Shown here in pieces: positions 1 through 10,138 of a stretch of 64,000 nt of DNA. The position numbers and the translations under genes are program-made. Source of the stretch: Candidatus Xenobia bacterium (GTDB lineage Bacteria > Vulcanimicrobiota > Xenobia > Xenobiales > QWHO01); assembly GCA_045863235.1 (NCBI GenBank), contig BTUM01000008.1, positions 1 through 64,000 on the forward strand, written 5' to 3'. The notes beneath the pieces are model-generated. The model was given only the letters and a program-made list of their open reading frames with translations. It was not told where the DNA came from and made no database searches. Positions within the stretch are counted from its first letter, which is position 1; each line of letters opens with the position of its first letter.

Positions 1-752
1 GTGTTTACAACCCGTTCTTGTATACGGGGCAGCAGTTTGACGCGGATACGGGGCTGTACTACCTGCGGGCGCGGTTCTATGCGCCGGACATCGGGCGGTT
101 TACCAGCCGCGATCCCATCGGGTATGCGGGTGGCTCCAACCTTTACGCTTACTGTGGGGGCAATCCGGTTAACTTCGCGGACCCGAGTGGGTTGGAACGC
201 GTCTATTTTGGTCGACACGGAGACCCAGAGATTCCTCCACCTTGGCAAATAGAGCAAGCTGGGCCAGTAAGGCAAGCCGGGTTGACCGTAGTCATTGACA
301 ACCAAATGACCTGGCAGAGGGCAAGGAGTGCTTTGACTAGCGGTGATTACGCCGTCGTCACTACCGCCGTGCACTCTGATTCGGGAACGTCACTTCACTT
401 TACCCAGCCCGAAGCTCGGTTAACTTGGCCTACTTTGAATGGAAAAATTACAGCCAAAGCATTCATTGCAAATGGATGCGTTACGGCAACAAATACAGAC
501 TTCCAGGCGCTGGCAACTACTGGCAGTGGGAGAATAGTAGCCGGGTGGACAGAGATGCTCGGATACAATGAATACTCTGGCTTCAACTCTAGATTTATAG
601 TTCTGCTTGGAGAAGGAAAATCAGCGAACGAGGCATTGAAGGTAATGGCTGACGAGAAGAACAGCGCGGGCGATCCACTGTTCCCAAGAATCGGCTCCTT
701 CAAGGTCTTTGGCGACGTCGACAAGCCAAATCTTCTAAGCGAGGACCCTTGA
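1..752 (+). CDS. RHS repeat-associated core protein, C-terminal part (5' truncated by window) with caspase/CHAT-like toxin domain
   Basis: Classic RHS core YTGQQFDADTGLYYLRARFYAPDIGRFTSRDPIG...NLYAYCGGNPVNFADPSGL with DPxGL junction, then ~185 aa lower-GC C-terminal domain. Confidence 0.9.
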   Translation, partial: VYNPFLYTGQQFDADTGLYYLRARFYAPDIGRFTSRDPIGYAGGSNLYAYCGGNPVNFADPSGLERVYFGRHGDPEIPPPWQIEQAGPVRQAGLTVVIDNQMTWQRARSALTSGDYAVVTTAVHSDSGTSLHFTQPEARLTWPTLNGKITAKAFIANGCVTATNTDFQALATTGSGRIVAGWTEMLGYNEYSGFNSRFIVLLGEGKSANEALKVMADEKNSAGDPLFPRIGSFKVFGDVDKPNLLSEDP

Positions 753-754
753 CT

Positions 755-1201
755 ATGAAGCCTCACAAGCGCGCAGTGGGGAGCATAGTGGCTCTTCTTT
801 TGGTATCTTTGGCAGTCTATGCGCTTCTTAGCCGCTTCGCCTCCCAGGGCAACCTCTCTATACAGGGGATTTCTATCGGAATGACGCGAGAGGAAGCGCG
901 AAAACGTCTGGGCATGCCACATAAAGTTGATGGTCTTTACGAGGCTTATTTGGCGAATTCGGGCATTATCGAGATCACCTTCGACGGGTCTGGAGCGGTC
1001 GATATCGTTAGCGGCTTTAATACAACTGTAGAAATTAGATCTAGGAGATTTGGCCCAGACGCGAGTATCGACGAAGTAGCGTCTACAACCAGTGAGGCCT
1101 CGAGAAACGGCCGAACGCTGACGTTCACTGATGAATCATCAGTATTGGAGGTTACATTTAGCGACAAATTGTACTCAGGTCTTAGGCGGAGGAGGCGCTA
1201 G
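755..1201 (+). CDS. putative RHS immunity protein (N-terminal TM anchor, SmpA/BamE-like GMTREEARKRLG motif)
   Basis: Immediately follows the toxin stop, same low GC, hydrophobic N-terminus. Confidence 0.65.
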   Translation: MKPHKRAVGSIVALLLVSLAVYALLSRFASQGNLSIQGISIGMTREEARKRLGMPHKVDGLYEAYLANSGIIEITFDGSGAVDIVSGFNTTVEIRSRRFGPDASIDEVASTTSEASRNGRTLTFTDESSVLEVTFSDKLYSGLRRRRR

Positions 1202-1443
1202 CCTGTGCGCCGGCAGCGCTAGGAGCTTGGGTCAGCAGAGAGGCCGCTCCCAAGCCCTGGGCCACAAGTAGATGACGCGTGTCGCCGAGCGCCCATAGTT
1301 TGGCGACGACGCCGCTCAAGTCCGCCAGCATGCCAGGAAGCAGCCTCTTCTATCTGTCGGCCGCGCCGTTCCTCGGCTGGAGCGCCACGCCCTCATCGAC
1401 ATCGTGGCTCGCTTGGCGCGCAAAGCCACGCTGCAAAAGAAAG

Positions 1444-1560
1444 GTCGCGGTAGGGACCGCCCTCACGGGCGGCCCCGCACAGATCCCGGTATAGTATAAA
1501 TCCCGGCGAGCGGCACTACCGCACTGGGCTCCTACCTCGGATAATGGCGGCCAGACTCGT
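1444..1560 (-). mobile_element. group II intron 3' remnant (domains V-VI plus last codons of RT/maturase)
   Basis: Minus strand reads GAGCCCAGTGCGGTAGTGCCGCTCGCCGGGAT...CTGTGCGGGGCCGCCCGTGAGGGCGGTCCCTACCGCGAC (AGC triad, DVI hairpin, AC end); overlapping frame ends LAAIIRGRSPVR*; no intact RT ORF upstream. Confidence 0.8.
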
Positions 1561-1669
1561 TTTTGTCATGAATGGGAGATGTCAGACTCCATCCAGGTCG
1601 AGACGGCCCCGCTCCCGATGCTCAGATGTCCCGGATCCAAACCGCTCGCGGAGACGGCACGACAAGCAT

Positions 1670-1780
1670 TGTACATGTTTAGCGTATCAGCACTGTCGAG
1701 AAGGTGATCGCCCTGCAGAAGCGCTTCTCTATCAACCTTGCCAGTGGCAGAATTTTTTTCAAATACGCTAAACATGTACT
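1670..1780. mobile_element. MITE-like element, 111 bp
   Basis: Perfect 17-bp inverted repeats GTACATGTTTAGCGTAT (1671-1687) / ATACGCTAAACATGTAC (1763-1779), flanked by direct repeat CAAGCAT (1663-1669, 1781-1787). Confidence 0.7.
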
Positions 1781-1879
1781 CAAGCATGGTCCGTCGTGTC
1801 CATGCACGAATTCACCAGGGCTCCATGAGGTCGGCCATGCTCAGGTAGGGCTCCTGGCTCACTGCTTGAAGCGTGCCCC

Positions 1880-4582
1880 ATGCACGAGCTGACCCCCTCG
1901 GCCGCCGCCGAGCGCCTGAAAACCGATCTGACCGCTGGCCTATCTTCCGAGGAAGCGGCTCTCCGGCTCGAGCGGGACGGGCCCAACGAGCTGGAGGCGG
2001 CTGAGCCCATCTCGGCCTGGCGCATCCTGGTCAACCAGTTTGCCAACCTGATGGTGCTGATTTTGATCGCGGCGGCTGTGATCGCGCTGATCAGCTGGTG
2101 GCTCGACGGCGCCCACGGCCTTCCTTCCGACGCTCTGGTGGTGGCCGCCATCGTCGTTTTGAACGCGGTTCTGGGCTTCGTCCAGGAGTATCGGGCCGAG
2201 CGCACCCTGCAAGAGCTCAAGCGCGTGACCGCAGCCCGGGCCCAGGTGGTGCGAGGCGGGGCGGCCCTCAGCCTGGAGCGTTCCGAGCTGGTGGTGGGCG
2301 ATCTGGTGGTGCTCCAGGAAGGAGACAAGGTTCCGGCCGATCTGTTGCTGGTCGAGGCCCAGCGCCTGCAACTCGACGAGAGCATGCTGACGGGAGAGTC
2401 GCTGCCCGTGACCAAGCGCGTGGGACCGCTGGCTGCCGACACTCCCGTGTCCGACCGCCTGGGCTCGGCCTTTGCCGGAACGACCGTTACCAGCGGACGG
2501 GCCACCGGCCTGGTCGTGGCCACCGGCTCGCGCACCGAATTGGGGGGAATCGCGACCAGCCTGGCCACCACCACTTCCGAGGAAACCCCTCTGGAGCGCC
2601 GCCTGGACCGACTGGGCAAACAGATCGGTTGGGCCGTGCTGGCGATCAGCACGGTGGTGGGCGCCACCGTGCTGTTCGTGGAGGGGGCCCACGACACGCG
2701 CACGGTGGTGCATGTGCTGCTCTTCGCCGTCGCCCTGGCCGTGGCCGCTGTTCCCGAAGGGTTGCCGGCCGTGCTGACCGTCTCGCTCTCCATCGGGGCG
2801 CGGCGGCTGGCCAGGCAGAATGCGGTCGTGCGTCGCATGGCGGCGGTCGAGACGCTGGGCTCGGTGACCGTGATCGTCACGGATAAGACGGGCACGCTCA
2901 CCCACAACCAGATGACCGTCAGCGCCCTCTTCTGCGAGGGTCAAGAGCGCGCCGTCAGCGGCCAGGGGTACGAAGCCGACGGGAAGCTCGAGGGCCAGCT
3001 GACCCCCGATCTCGAGCTGCTGCTGATGACCGGCGTGCTGGCCAACTCCGCTCGCCTGGAGGTCTCCGACGGGCGACGCCAGGCTCTGGGCGACCCCACC
3101 GACGCTGCCTTTCTTGTGCTGGCCGAGAAGGCCGGGATCGACTGGCAGGGCCTTCAGAAGGACAACGAGCAACTGGGCGAGGTCCCCTTCACCTCCGATC
3201 GGCGCCGGGCCTCCAGCTTGCGCCGATTCCGCGGCTCGCGCTGGCTCTTCTGCAAGGGGAGCCTGGATACTCTAGAGCAGCTCAGCGAGGCCCCCGACCC
3301 CACCCTGCGGGAGGTCGAGCTGCGCTTCGCCGAGCGAGGCCTGCGAGCCCTGGCCCTGGCTGTTCGAGAGCTCCCCGAGGGCTACCAGGTGGATGACCTG
3401 GAGCAGGAGGAAAGGGGGTTTCGCCTGCTGGGACTGGTGGCCATGGGCGACCCGCCCCGGGCCGAGGTGCCTCAGGCCATGGCTGAGTGCCGCCAGGCCG
3501 GCATCCGGGTCATCATGCTCACAGGCGACCACCCCCAGACGGCACGCTCGATCGCCGACCAGGTCGGCCTGCTCGACCCCGAGCACCAGGCCGTCTACAC
3601 CGGCCAGGAGGTGGACGCGCTGGACGACGCGGAAGTGGACCAGCGGCTGGCCCACGCCAACGTCTTTGCCCGCGTCAGTCCCCACGCCAAGTTGCGCCTG
3701 GTGGAGCGGCTGCTGGCCCAGGGCGAGGTGGTGGCCATGACCGGCGATGGCGTGAACGACGCCCCGGCCCTGAAGAAGGTCCACGTGGGAGTGGCCATGG
3801 GCAAGGCCGGCACGGCCGTTGCCGTGGAGGCCAGCGAGCTGGTGCTGTTGGACGACAACTTTGCCACCATCGTGACCGCCGTCCGACTGGGACGCGGGGT
3901 CTTTGCCAACGTGCAGAAGTTCATCGCCTTCCTGTTCTCGGGGAACGTGGGAGTGGTCCTGGCCATGTTCATCGGCACCATCCTGGCCGGCATCTTCAAC
4001 CTGCGGGTCGGGGTGGAGCTGCTGCTGCCCCTGACCGCGGCCCAGATCCTGTGGATGAACCTGGTCACCGACGGAGCGCCGGCGGTCGCCTTCTCACTCA
4101 CCCGAGCCCAGAAGGACGTGATGCTCGATCCCCCGCGGCGACCCGATTCCCCCATCTTGAGCCGTTCGATGTGGGCCTATGTGTTTCTGACCGGAAGCAC
4201 GGTCTGCGCGCTCTTGCTGGCTGTGCTGGATGCCACCTACCAGGGCGGCTGGTTCACCGTGCACGACCACGACTACGAGTATGCCCGCACGGCCGGCTTC
4301 TACACGGTGGTCACGGCCCGTCTCTTCAACGCGCTGAACTTCCGCCAGCTGCCCCAGAGCTTTCTGGCTCCCGGGTTCTGGCGCGACCTGGCTGTGCCGA
4401 TGGCCTGCCTGGTCAGCTGGGGGATGACCCTGACAGCCATCTACTTCCCGCCTCTGCGCGACATGTTTCACCTGGTGCCGCTCGACCTCGAGCACCTGGG
4501 CCTCTTCAGCTGCCTGGCCTGCGCCGTGCTCTTGCCCGGCTGGGCCTTCGTGCGCTTCCACGGCATCCAGATGAATCGCTAA
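1880..4582 (+). CDS. cation-translocating P-type ATPase (P2A, Ca2+-type)
   Basis: [31 protein letters not shown] motifs; multiple TM helices. Confidence 0.95.
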   Translation: MHELTPSAAAERLKTDLTAGLSSEEAALRLERDGPNELEAAEPISAWRILVNQFANLMVLILIAAAVIALISWWLDGAHGLPSDALVVAAIVVLNAVLGFVQEYRAERTLQELKRVTAARAQVVRGGAALSLERSELVVGDLVVLQEGDKVPADLLLVEAQRLQLDESMLTGESLPVTKRVGPLAADTPVSDRLGSAFAGTTVTSGRATGLVVATGSRTELGGIATSLATTTSEETPLERRLDRLGKQIGWAVLAISTVVGATVLFVEGAHDTRTVVHVLLFAVALAVAAVPEGLPAVLTVSLSIGARRLARQNAVVRRMAAVETLGSVTVIVTDKTGTLTHNQMTVSALFCEGQERAVSGQGYEADGKLEGQLTPDLELLLMTGVLANSARLEVSDGRRQALGDPTDAAFLVLAEKAGIDWQGLQKDNEQLGEVPFTSDRRRASSLRRFRGSRWLFCKGSLDTLEQLSEAPDPTLREVELRFAERGLRALALAVRELPEGYQVDDLEQEERGFRLLGLVAMGDPPRAEVPQAMAECRQAGIRVIMLTGDHPQTARSIADQVGLLDPEHQAVYTGQEVDALDDAEVDQRLAHANVFARVSPHAKLRLVERLLAQGEVVAMTGDGVNDAPALKKVHVGVAMGKAGTAVAVEASELVLLDDNFATIVTAVRLGRGVFANVQKFIAFLFSGNVGVVLAMFIGTILAGIFNLRVGVELLLPLTAAQILWMNLVTDGAPAVAFSLTRAQKDVMLDPPRRPDSPILSRSMWAYVFLTGSTVCALLLAVLDATYQGGWFTVHDHDYEYARTAGFYTVVTARLFNALNFRQLPQSFLAPGFWRDLAVPMACLVSWGMTLTAIYFPPLRDMFHLVPLDLEHLGLFSCLACAVLLPGWAFVRFHGIQMNR

Positions 4583-4604
4583 GCCCGGTGCCGAACCCCC
4601 CCGG

Positions 4605-5453
4605 ATGGGAATGCTGATCCGACTCATTGTTCTGTCAGCCCTGTTGAGCTCGCCGGTGCTGCTCCTGGGGCAGCCGCTCTGGGCCTTCCTGCTGGCCGTG
4701 GTGATGGTGCTGGCCGGGCTGGCCTCGTTCTTACAGCGCCATCTCGAGCAGACGTACCGCTATCGCTACCTGGAGGACCGGGCCCAGGACGCCCCGGCCA
4801 GGCTCGGATTCTGGCGCTTCTTGCTCGACCGCGATCAGTACCGATTCCTGCTCGCCGAGGCGCTGGTGCAAGCCGGGAAGTTGTCCGAGGCCGAGCAACT
4901 CGCGACCGACCGGCGAACGTCCGAATGGTTGCGCCATTACGTGCATTACATTCTCGCTCGCAAAGCCCGCAACATCGACAAAGCCGTGCTCGAGATGGAG
5001 CACGTGACCCGCTGCCAGCTTCCGGCCCAGCACGCTCCGGCCTTCCGGCTCGACTTTGCCCGCCTGCTGGCGGAGTTTCGTCCCGAACGCCTGGGCGAAG
5101 CACGGGAACTGGCCGAGCGCGCCCGCTCGGAGATCACTCAGCCCATCATGCGGCAACTGGCGGACGGGGTGGTGGGGGTGGTTCAGGTAGCCGAGGGCTA
5201 CCCCGAGGAAGGGCTGGCCAGCCTGGACGGCTGCCTGACCGGCCTGGCCAGCCACAGCCAGAACGTGATGCTCATCCCGGCTCTGGCTGAGCTGGAGCGC
5301 TGGGCGGGGCGGGCTCTCTGGCGCTCGGGGCGCTGCGGCGAAGCCCGTCAGCGCTTTGAGAAGGCGATCGGCATGACCTGCCTGGAAAGCATCAAGCGCC
5401 CGGCCACGGAAGACCTGGAGGCGATGCAGGATCAGCTCAGAACTGCGGGCTGA
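4605..5453 (+). CDS. hypothetical membrane protein with TPR-like helical repeats
   Basis: Two N-terminal TM segments followed by amphipathic helical repeats; follows ATPase. Confidence 0.65.
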   Translation: MGMLIRLIVLSALLSSPVLLLGQPLWAFLLAVVMVLAGLASFLQRHLEQTYRYRYLEDRAQDAPARLGFWRFLLDRDQYRFLLAEALVQAGKLSEAEQLATDRRTSEWLRHYVHYILARKARNIDKAVLEMEHVTRCQLPAQHAPAFRLDFARLLAEFRPERLGEARELAERARSEITQPIMRQLADGVVGVVQVAEGYPEEGLASLDGCLTGLASHSQNVMLIPALAELERWAGRALWRSGRCGEARQRFEKAIGMTCLESIKRPATEDLEAMQDQLRTAG

Positions 5454-5486
5454 CGTGCTGGAAACGAAGCTCCAAGTAGGGAGCCC

Positions 5487-6056
5487 TTAAAGCGCGGGCA
5501 CGACGCCCGTGTTCCACGAGATAGGCTCGAACTCGAGCTCCTCGACCGTCTTCCCGCCTTCGCTGACCCGATAGCGACGCACGTCTTTCTGCTCGTCCAC
5601 CCACAGCTGGTGCTGCTGAGCACCTTTGAACTCATAGAGTTGCAGCCCCTCGAGGCGGCTCAGGCTGGGCACGCCGCAGGCTTCCACCTTGCCCAGGATC
5701 TGGTGCAGCAGGGGGGTGATCAGGGAGGTATCGGCAACGTCCTTGGACCGGGTGCTGCGCCGGAGCTGAATCATGCCGCTGCGCACGGTCACGTAGTCGG
5801 TCGAGCGGGCTGAGTCGTACAAGACGACCGTCCCGCTGTGGCGCTGGCTGCCCGGCAGGATCTCGGCCCGAATCAAGCCCGGCGCCCTGTAGGCATAGCT
5901 GAAGCGGTACTGGCCCGAGGGGCCTTTGTACTGGTAACGGAAGCAGTAGTCGCGAGACTGCAAGATCTTGCTCTTGACCGCCTGCCAGTCGCCTTCGGTC
6001 CCGGCCAGGGCCGGCAGACAGAGAGAAAGGGTGAGAAGGACGAACAGCACTCTCAT
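5487..6056 (-). CDS. exported protein, LolA-like fold possible
   Basis: Signal peptide MRVLFVLLTLSLCLPALA; beta-rich body ending in QLWVDEQ..VRRYRV; start reassigned to ATG 6056. Confidence 0.6.
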   Translation of the reverse strand: MRVLFVLLTLSLCLPALAGTEGDWQAVKSKILQSRDYCFRYQYKGPSGQYRFSYAYRAPGLIRAEILPGSQRHSGTVVLYDSARSTDYVTVRSGMIQLRRSTRSKDVADTSLITPLLHQILGKVEACGVPSLSRLEGLQLYEFKGAQQHQLWVDEQKDVRRYRVSEGGKTVEELEFEPISWNTGVVPAL

Positions 6057-6266
6057 TTCTCGAAGTATATCACCGGTGCTCCGGCACGAAAAGGCGCCCT
6101 GCAAGATCCTGACTCTTGACTTTGACCCGCACCCCGCCGATGACAACCCCTGGCCGCGCTCCTCGATACCGCTGCACTCCTTCTGGCCCGACACGGCCGC
6201 GGCCAGATCGGCCACCTCCCGGCAGGCTTGCAGGGTTCCCCGGCCGACCTGCGAGAACACCCCCGA

Positions 6267-7157
6267 ATGGCTCGGCTGATTGATGGAACGATGATCGCCC
6301 AGAAAGTGCGCTCCGAGGTGGCTCAGGGTGTCGCGGAGCTCTCCGGCGTCAAGCCAGGACTCGCCACCGTGCTGGTAGGAGATGACCCGGCCAGCCAGGC
6401 CTACGTCTCCAGCAAGCAGAAGGCCTGCGCTCAGGTGGGCATCACTTCGTTTGGCCGTCACCTGAGCACCACCGCCAGCCAGGCGGAGGTGGAGGCGGCG
6501 GTCCGCGAGCTGGGCCAGGATCCGGCCGTGCACGGCATCCTCGTGCAGTTGCCTTTGCCGGCCCACTTGAACGAGGAAGCCGTGCTCGCGTGCGTTCCGC
6601 TGGAGAAGGACGTGGACGGCTTCCACCCGATCAACCTGGGCCGCCTGGCGATGAAAGGGCGTGAGCCGCTGTTCGTCCCCTGCACCCCCGCAGGCTGCAT
6701 CCGGCTGCTGCAGGAGACAGGCGTGCAACTTGCCGGGGCCGAGGCTGTGGTGGTCGGCCGCAGCAACATCGTTGGGATGCCCGCTGCCCTGTTGCTGGTG
6801 CGCCAGGACGCGACGGTCACCATCGTGCACTCCCGCACCCGATCCATGGCCGAGACCATCCGTCGGGCCGACGTGTTGATCGTGGCCATCGGCAAGCCGG
6901 GCTTCGTCACCCGAGAGATGGTCAAACCGGGAGCGGTGGTCATCGACGTGGGCATCAACCGGGTCAGCGACCCGAGCAGCCCCAGGGGCTCGCGCCTGGT
7001 GGGCGACGTCGACTTCGAAGGAGTCAGCGAGGTGGCCCAGGCCATCACCCCCGTTCCCGGTGGAGTGGGGCCGATGACCATCGCCATGCTGCTCCAGAAC
7101 ACGCTGACGGCGGCGCGCCACGCAGCGAGATCCCTGTCGGCCAGCTCGACGACCTGA
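6267..7157 (+). CDS. folD: bifunctional methylenetetrahydrofolate dehydrogenase/cyclohydrolase
   Basis: HGILVQLPLP, KDVDGFHP, PCTPAG, GRSNIVG, PVPGGVGPMT motifs. Confidence 0.97.
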   Translation: MARLIDGTMIAQKVRSEVAQGVAELSGVKPGLATVLVGDDPASQAYVSSKQKACAQVGITSFGRHLSTTASQAEVEAAVRELGQDPAVHGILVQLPLPAHLNEEAVLACVPLEKDVDGFHPINLGRLAMKGREPLFVPCTPAGCIRLLQETGVQLAGAEAVVVGRSNIVGMPAALLLVRQDATVTIVHSRTRSMAETIRRADVLIVAIGKPGFVTREMVKPGAVVIDVGINRVSDPSSPRGSRLVGDVDFEGVSEVAQAITPVPGGVGPMTIAMLLQNTLTAARHAARSLSASSTT

Positions 7158-7190
7158 CCACGCCGCGGCCAGGAGGCTTTTCTGGGCGCC

Positions 7191-8951
7191 TCAGCGCAGC
7201 TTCTGACGAGCCCCCGCATGACCCGGATTGAGCCGAAGCTCGGCCTGGAAGTGGTGTCGTGCCCGCTGCTGGTCGCCCTGGGAAGCATAGAACAGGCCCA
7301 GGTTGTAGTTGGCCTCCAGCAGAGAGGGGTCGAGGCGGAGCGCCTGCTCGAGCTCGTCCGCTCCCTCCGGCTGACCGAGCTGCAGCATCGTGACGCCCAG
7401 GTAGAGTCGAGCCCGGGTCCGTCCGGGGTCGGCCTGAACGGCCTGGCGGAAGCAGGTGATGGCCGGCTCGAACTGGTCGACCTGCAGCAGCAGCAATCCT
7501 TTCTGGATGAGCTGGCTGGGAGTGTCGGGGTAGCGCAGCGGTCCATGATGACTGCCCCGGCGCAGGAAGACGGCGGCCACCGAGTCGCTGTAAACCAGCT
7601 CCCACTCTTTGGAGGACTCCAGGCGGCGGGGCAGATCCCCCTGAAGGTGCGTGGCCAGCACCAGATCCACTTTGTAGAGGTCCAAAATCTCCTGCCACTT
7701 GACCCCGGCCTTCTTCTCCCACGGGCCACCCAGTTGGATGGCCAGGGCCTCCAGATAGACCTCTTCGGAATAGACGGTGTGGGCCCGTCCGTCGATGAAG
7801 ATCTGCCAACCGGGCAGGTGCCAGGCGAGCCAGCCGCCCCATTCATAGGGATTGACCAGGCGCCGGGGCAACTCGGGGTTGGCCTGCAGAAAACTCACCG
7901 CGTCCATCGGGAAGTGCGTGTGCCACATTCCCAGGCGAGCCGGGGGAACAGTGAGGCGCTGCCAGCCCCACCAGAGCTCCAGAGCCAGCACCAGGCCGAG
8001 CAGGGCCAGGCGCAAGCCGGCGCGGGCCCGCAGCACCACCTGGTGCAGTTGCACCCCGGCCAGGCACGCCAGGGGCAGGTTGCGCCAGGCCAGCAGGCCG
8101 CCCAACAAGAAGGCCAGGGTGAGCAGGGCCAGCGCCCGGTCGCCCGCCCGCCAGTGCAAGCCGGTCGCCCCCAGCCCCAGCACCAGCACCAGCCAGAACC
8201 AGGCGTGCGCGCCCATCATCGCGGGGGCCACCCACTCGTTCAACCCCAGGCGAAAGGCCGATTCGCCGAACAGGCTGAAAGGGAAGCTCAGGATGGCCAC
8301 CCCGTAGGGGTTGGCCACCGCGGCCGCTAAGGCCAGCACAGCCGCCCCTCCCAGTTCGGTCGCCTGGGGCCGCCGCTTCTCCAGCAGGCAGCCCAGACCG
8401 GCCACCAGCAAGATGCCCGGACCCAGGATGAAGGCCCCGTGCAGGTTGGCCCAGAGCGCGGTAAGGACCACGGACGCCGCCAGCTTGGACCGAGCTGGCC
8501 GGGCCAGGTAGGCGCGCACCAGGGCCAGGGTCAGGGCGGTCAGCAAGTAGGTGGCCAGATAGGGCCGCACGTCATAGAAGAAGCGTGCGGGTGGGAGCCA
8601 GGCGTAGAGGCAGGCCAGCATGGAAACGGCCCAACTGGCCTCGACGCTCTTACGGACGAAGAACAGGGGGATGAGGGCATAGGCCAGCACCAGGATCAAA
8701 GTGCGGGACAGATAGAGCCCCTCCCAACTTGATACCCGATGGATCTCGTAGGCCGCCAGCGCGAACAGCCACTCGTGGTTGAGCCACTGGGTGCCGGTGA
8801 AGGAGAAGGGGTCGGGGGCCACCACCTGGCCGGTCTGGGCCAGAAAACGCCCCGAGGCCAGCAGCCACCAGGTGTCCGAGGCAGGCAACGGCTGAGCCGA
8901 GGCGGCCGCCACCCCAACCACCGCAACCAACCAGGCCAGCAGGCGAATCAA
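7191..8951 (-). CDS. polytopic membrane protein (GT-C/ArnT-like) with C-terminal TPR
   Basis: DTWWLLASGR...PDPFSFT...NHEWL N-terminal loop, LWANLHG, FIDGR, many TMs, TPR tail (EANYNLGLFY). Confidence 0.75.
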   Translation of the reverse strand: MIRLLAWLVAVVGVAAASAQPLPASDTWWLLASGRFLAQTGQVVAPDPFSFTGTQWLNHEWLFALAAYEIHRVSSWEGLYLSRTLILVLAYALIPLFFVRKSVEASWAVSMLACLYAWLPPARFFYDVRPYLATYLLTALTLALVRAYLARPARSKLAASVVLTALWANLHGAFILGPGILLVAGLGCLLEKRRPQATELGGAAVLALAAAVANPYGVAILSFPFSLFGESAFRLGLNEWVAPAMMGAHAWFWLVLVLGLGATGLHWRAGDRALALLTLAFLLGGLLAWRNLPLACLAGVQLHQVVLRARAGLRLALLGLVLALELWWGWQRLTVPPARLGMWHTHFPMDAVSFLQANPELPRRLVNPYEWGGWLAWHLPGWQIFIDGRAHTVYSEEVYLEALAIQLGGPWEKKAGVKWQEILDLYKVDLVLATHLQGDLPRRLESSKEWELVYSDSVAAVFLRRGSHHGPLRYPDTPSQLIQKGLLLLQVDQFEPAITCFRQAVQADPGRTRARLYLGVTMLQLGQPEGADELEQALRLDPSLLEANYNLGLFYASQGDQQRARHHFQAELRLNPGHAGARQKLR

Positions 8952-10138
8952 AATCGCGGAACCACCCCCGGGGGAGCGTTGCGCAGGACCAGTACTTTGC
9001 GCTTGTTTCGCTCCACCCGGTTGGCCAGGCCCTTGACGCCCCCTCGGCTCACCAGCTTTCCAGCCAGGGTCTCAAACTCTTTGGCGTCCTGCTCGCTGTC
9101 CCAGACGGTGAGCCAGACCAGTCCCTCCTGGCTGCCTTTGAGGTAGCTGCAATAAAGATCGCCCCCCCAGCCTTCGGCCGCCCGAGCGGCCAGTTCGGCC
9201 CCCACCAGATTCTCGCCCGCATTGCGAACGCAGTATTCGCCGGCCACGTCACAACCGAGATACTTCCAACCCGCGGGCGGGTCTGGAAGATTGAAGCTGA
9301 GGCTCGCCGGCCGGTCGTTTCTCAGGTAACGCTCGGGATGGAGGACCTGCTCGCTGGATGCGGGCAGGCGCCGGTAGGCCTGATCCACCTTCTTCCAGCC
9401 CCCGGTGCGACGCAGCGCTTTACAGAAACTCATGCCGCGAAAGTAGGGGTCGCCCACCAGCTTCTGAATGAAGGGCGGAGCGTTCCCCATGCCGGGCTGG
9501 GCGCCGGTGAGCATGCTGTCGTTGTCCATCATGCCGTCCATCATGGACGGGTCCAGGCCCATGCTGACGGCCACGTAGTCGATCATCACCAGGGTGGCGT
9601 CTCCCTCGATCAGGCACTGGGCGGCGAAGGCCTGATCGAAGTTGGCAGCGGTGTCTTTGTCAATCTTGAGCAGGTTGAAGTGCTGATCTTGCAGGGCGTG
9701 GTCGAGCTCGTGGATCGTCAGCATGTCCTGCATGTTGAACCCCTGCGATGCCAGTATCCCGGCCATGGGGTCGGCCTCCGGGCTGCCCCCGGTGGCCACC
9801 AGGAAGCGCTTCTTGTAGGGGTCGTACAGCCCTTGAACCTGCTGGCTGTAAAGGTCGCGCAGGCTCTTGCGGTAGTCCACCCCGGGGGCCAGCAGTCCCA
9901 CCTGGTGCATGAACACCTGGCGCACCGCGAAGGGCAGCCGGGCTGCCTCCTGGTCGAACAGCCCCTGCAGGTAGCGGGCCACCTCGGCCTGGGGCAGAGC
10001 CTGGCTGGGCACCGGTTTGGTGAACTTCAGGCCGCGGATCTGCTCGAGCTCCTTGCTCAGGCGAGCTACGTCCTGATCGATCGAGCGGGCCAGCACCGGG
10101 GCCAGCAAGAGCACCAGCAGGATGAGGATTCTACGCAT
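8948..10138 (-). CDS. secreted zinc metallopeptidase-like protein
   Basis: Signal peptide; HELDHALQDQHF (HExxH) and downstream EGDA; AAEGWGGD. Confidence 0.8.
   Translation of the reverse strand: MRRILILLVLLLAPVLARSIDQDVARLSKELEQIRGLKFTKPVPSQALPQAEVARYLQGLFDQEAARLPFAVRQVFMHQVGLLAPGVDYRKSLRDLYSQQVQGLYDPYKKRFLVATGGSPEADPMAGILASQGFNMQDMLTIHELDHALQDQHFNLLKIDKDTAANFDQAFAAQCLIEGDATLVMIDYVAVSMGLDPSMMDGMMDNDSMLTGAQPGMGNAPPFIQKLVGDPYFRGMSFCKALRRTGGWKKVDQAYRRLPASSEQVLHPERYLRNDRPASLSFNLPDPPAGWKYLGCDVAGEYCVRNAGENLVGAELAARAAEGWGGDLYCSYLKGSQEGLVWLTVWDSEQDAKEFETLAGKLVSRGGVKGLANRVERNKRKVLVLRNAPPGVVPRF

Noticed and set aside
1202..1443. Integron attC site or orphan RHS cassette after the immunity gene
   Set aside because: No RYYYAAC/GTTRRRY core pair or second RHS core recognised
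6057..6266. Possible ZTP/THF riboswitch in the 210-bp region before folD
   Set aside because: Only generic GC hairpins; I could not match pfl/ZTP or THF consensus motifs
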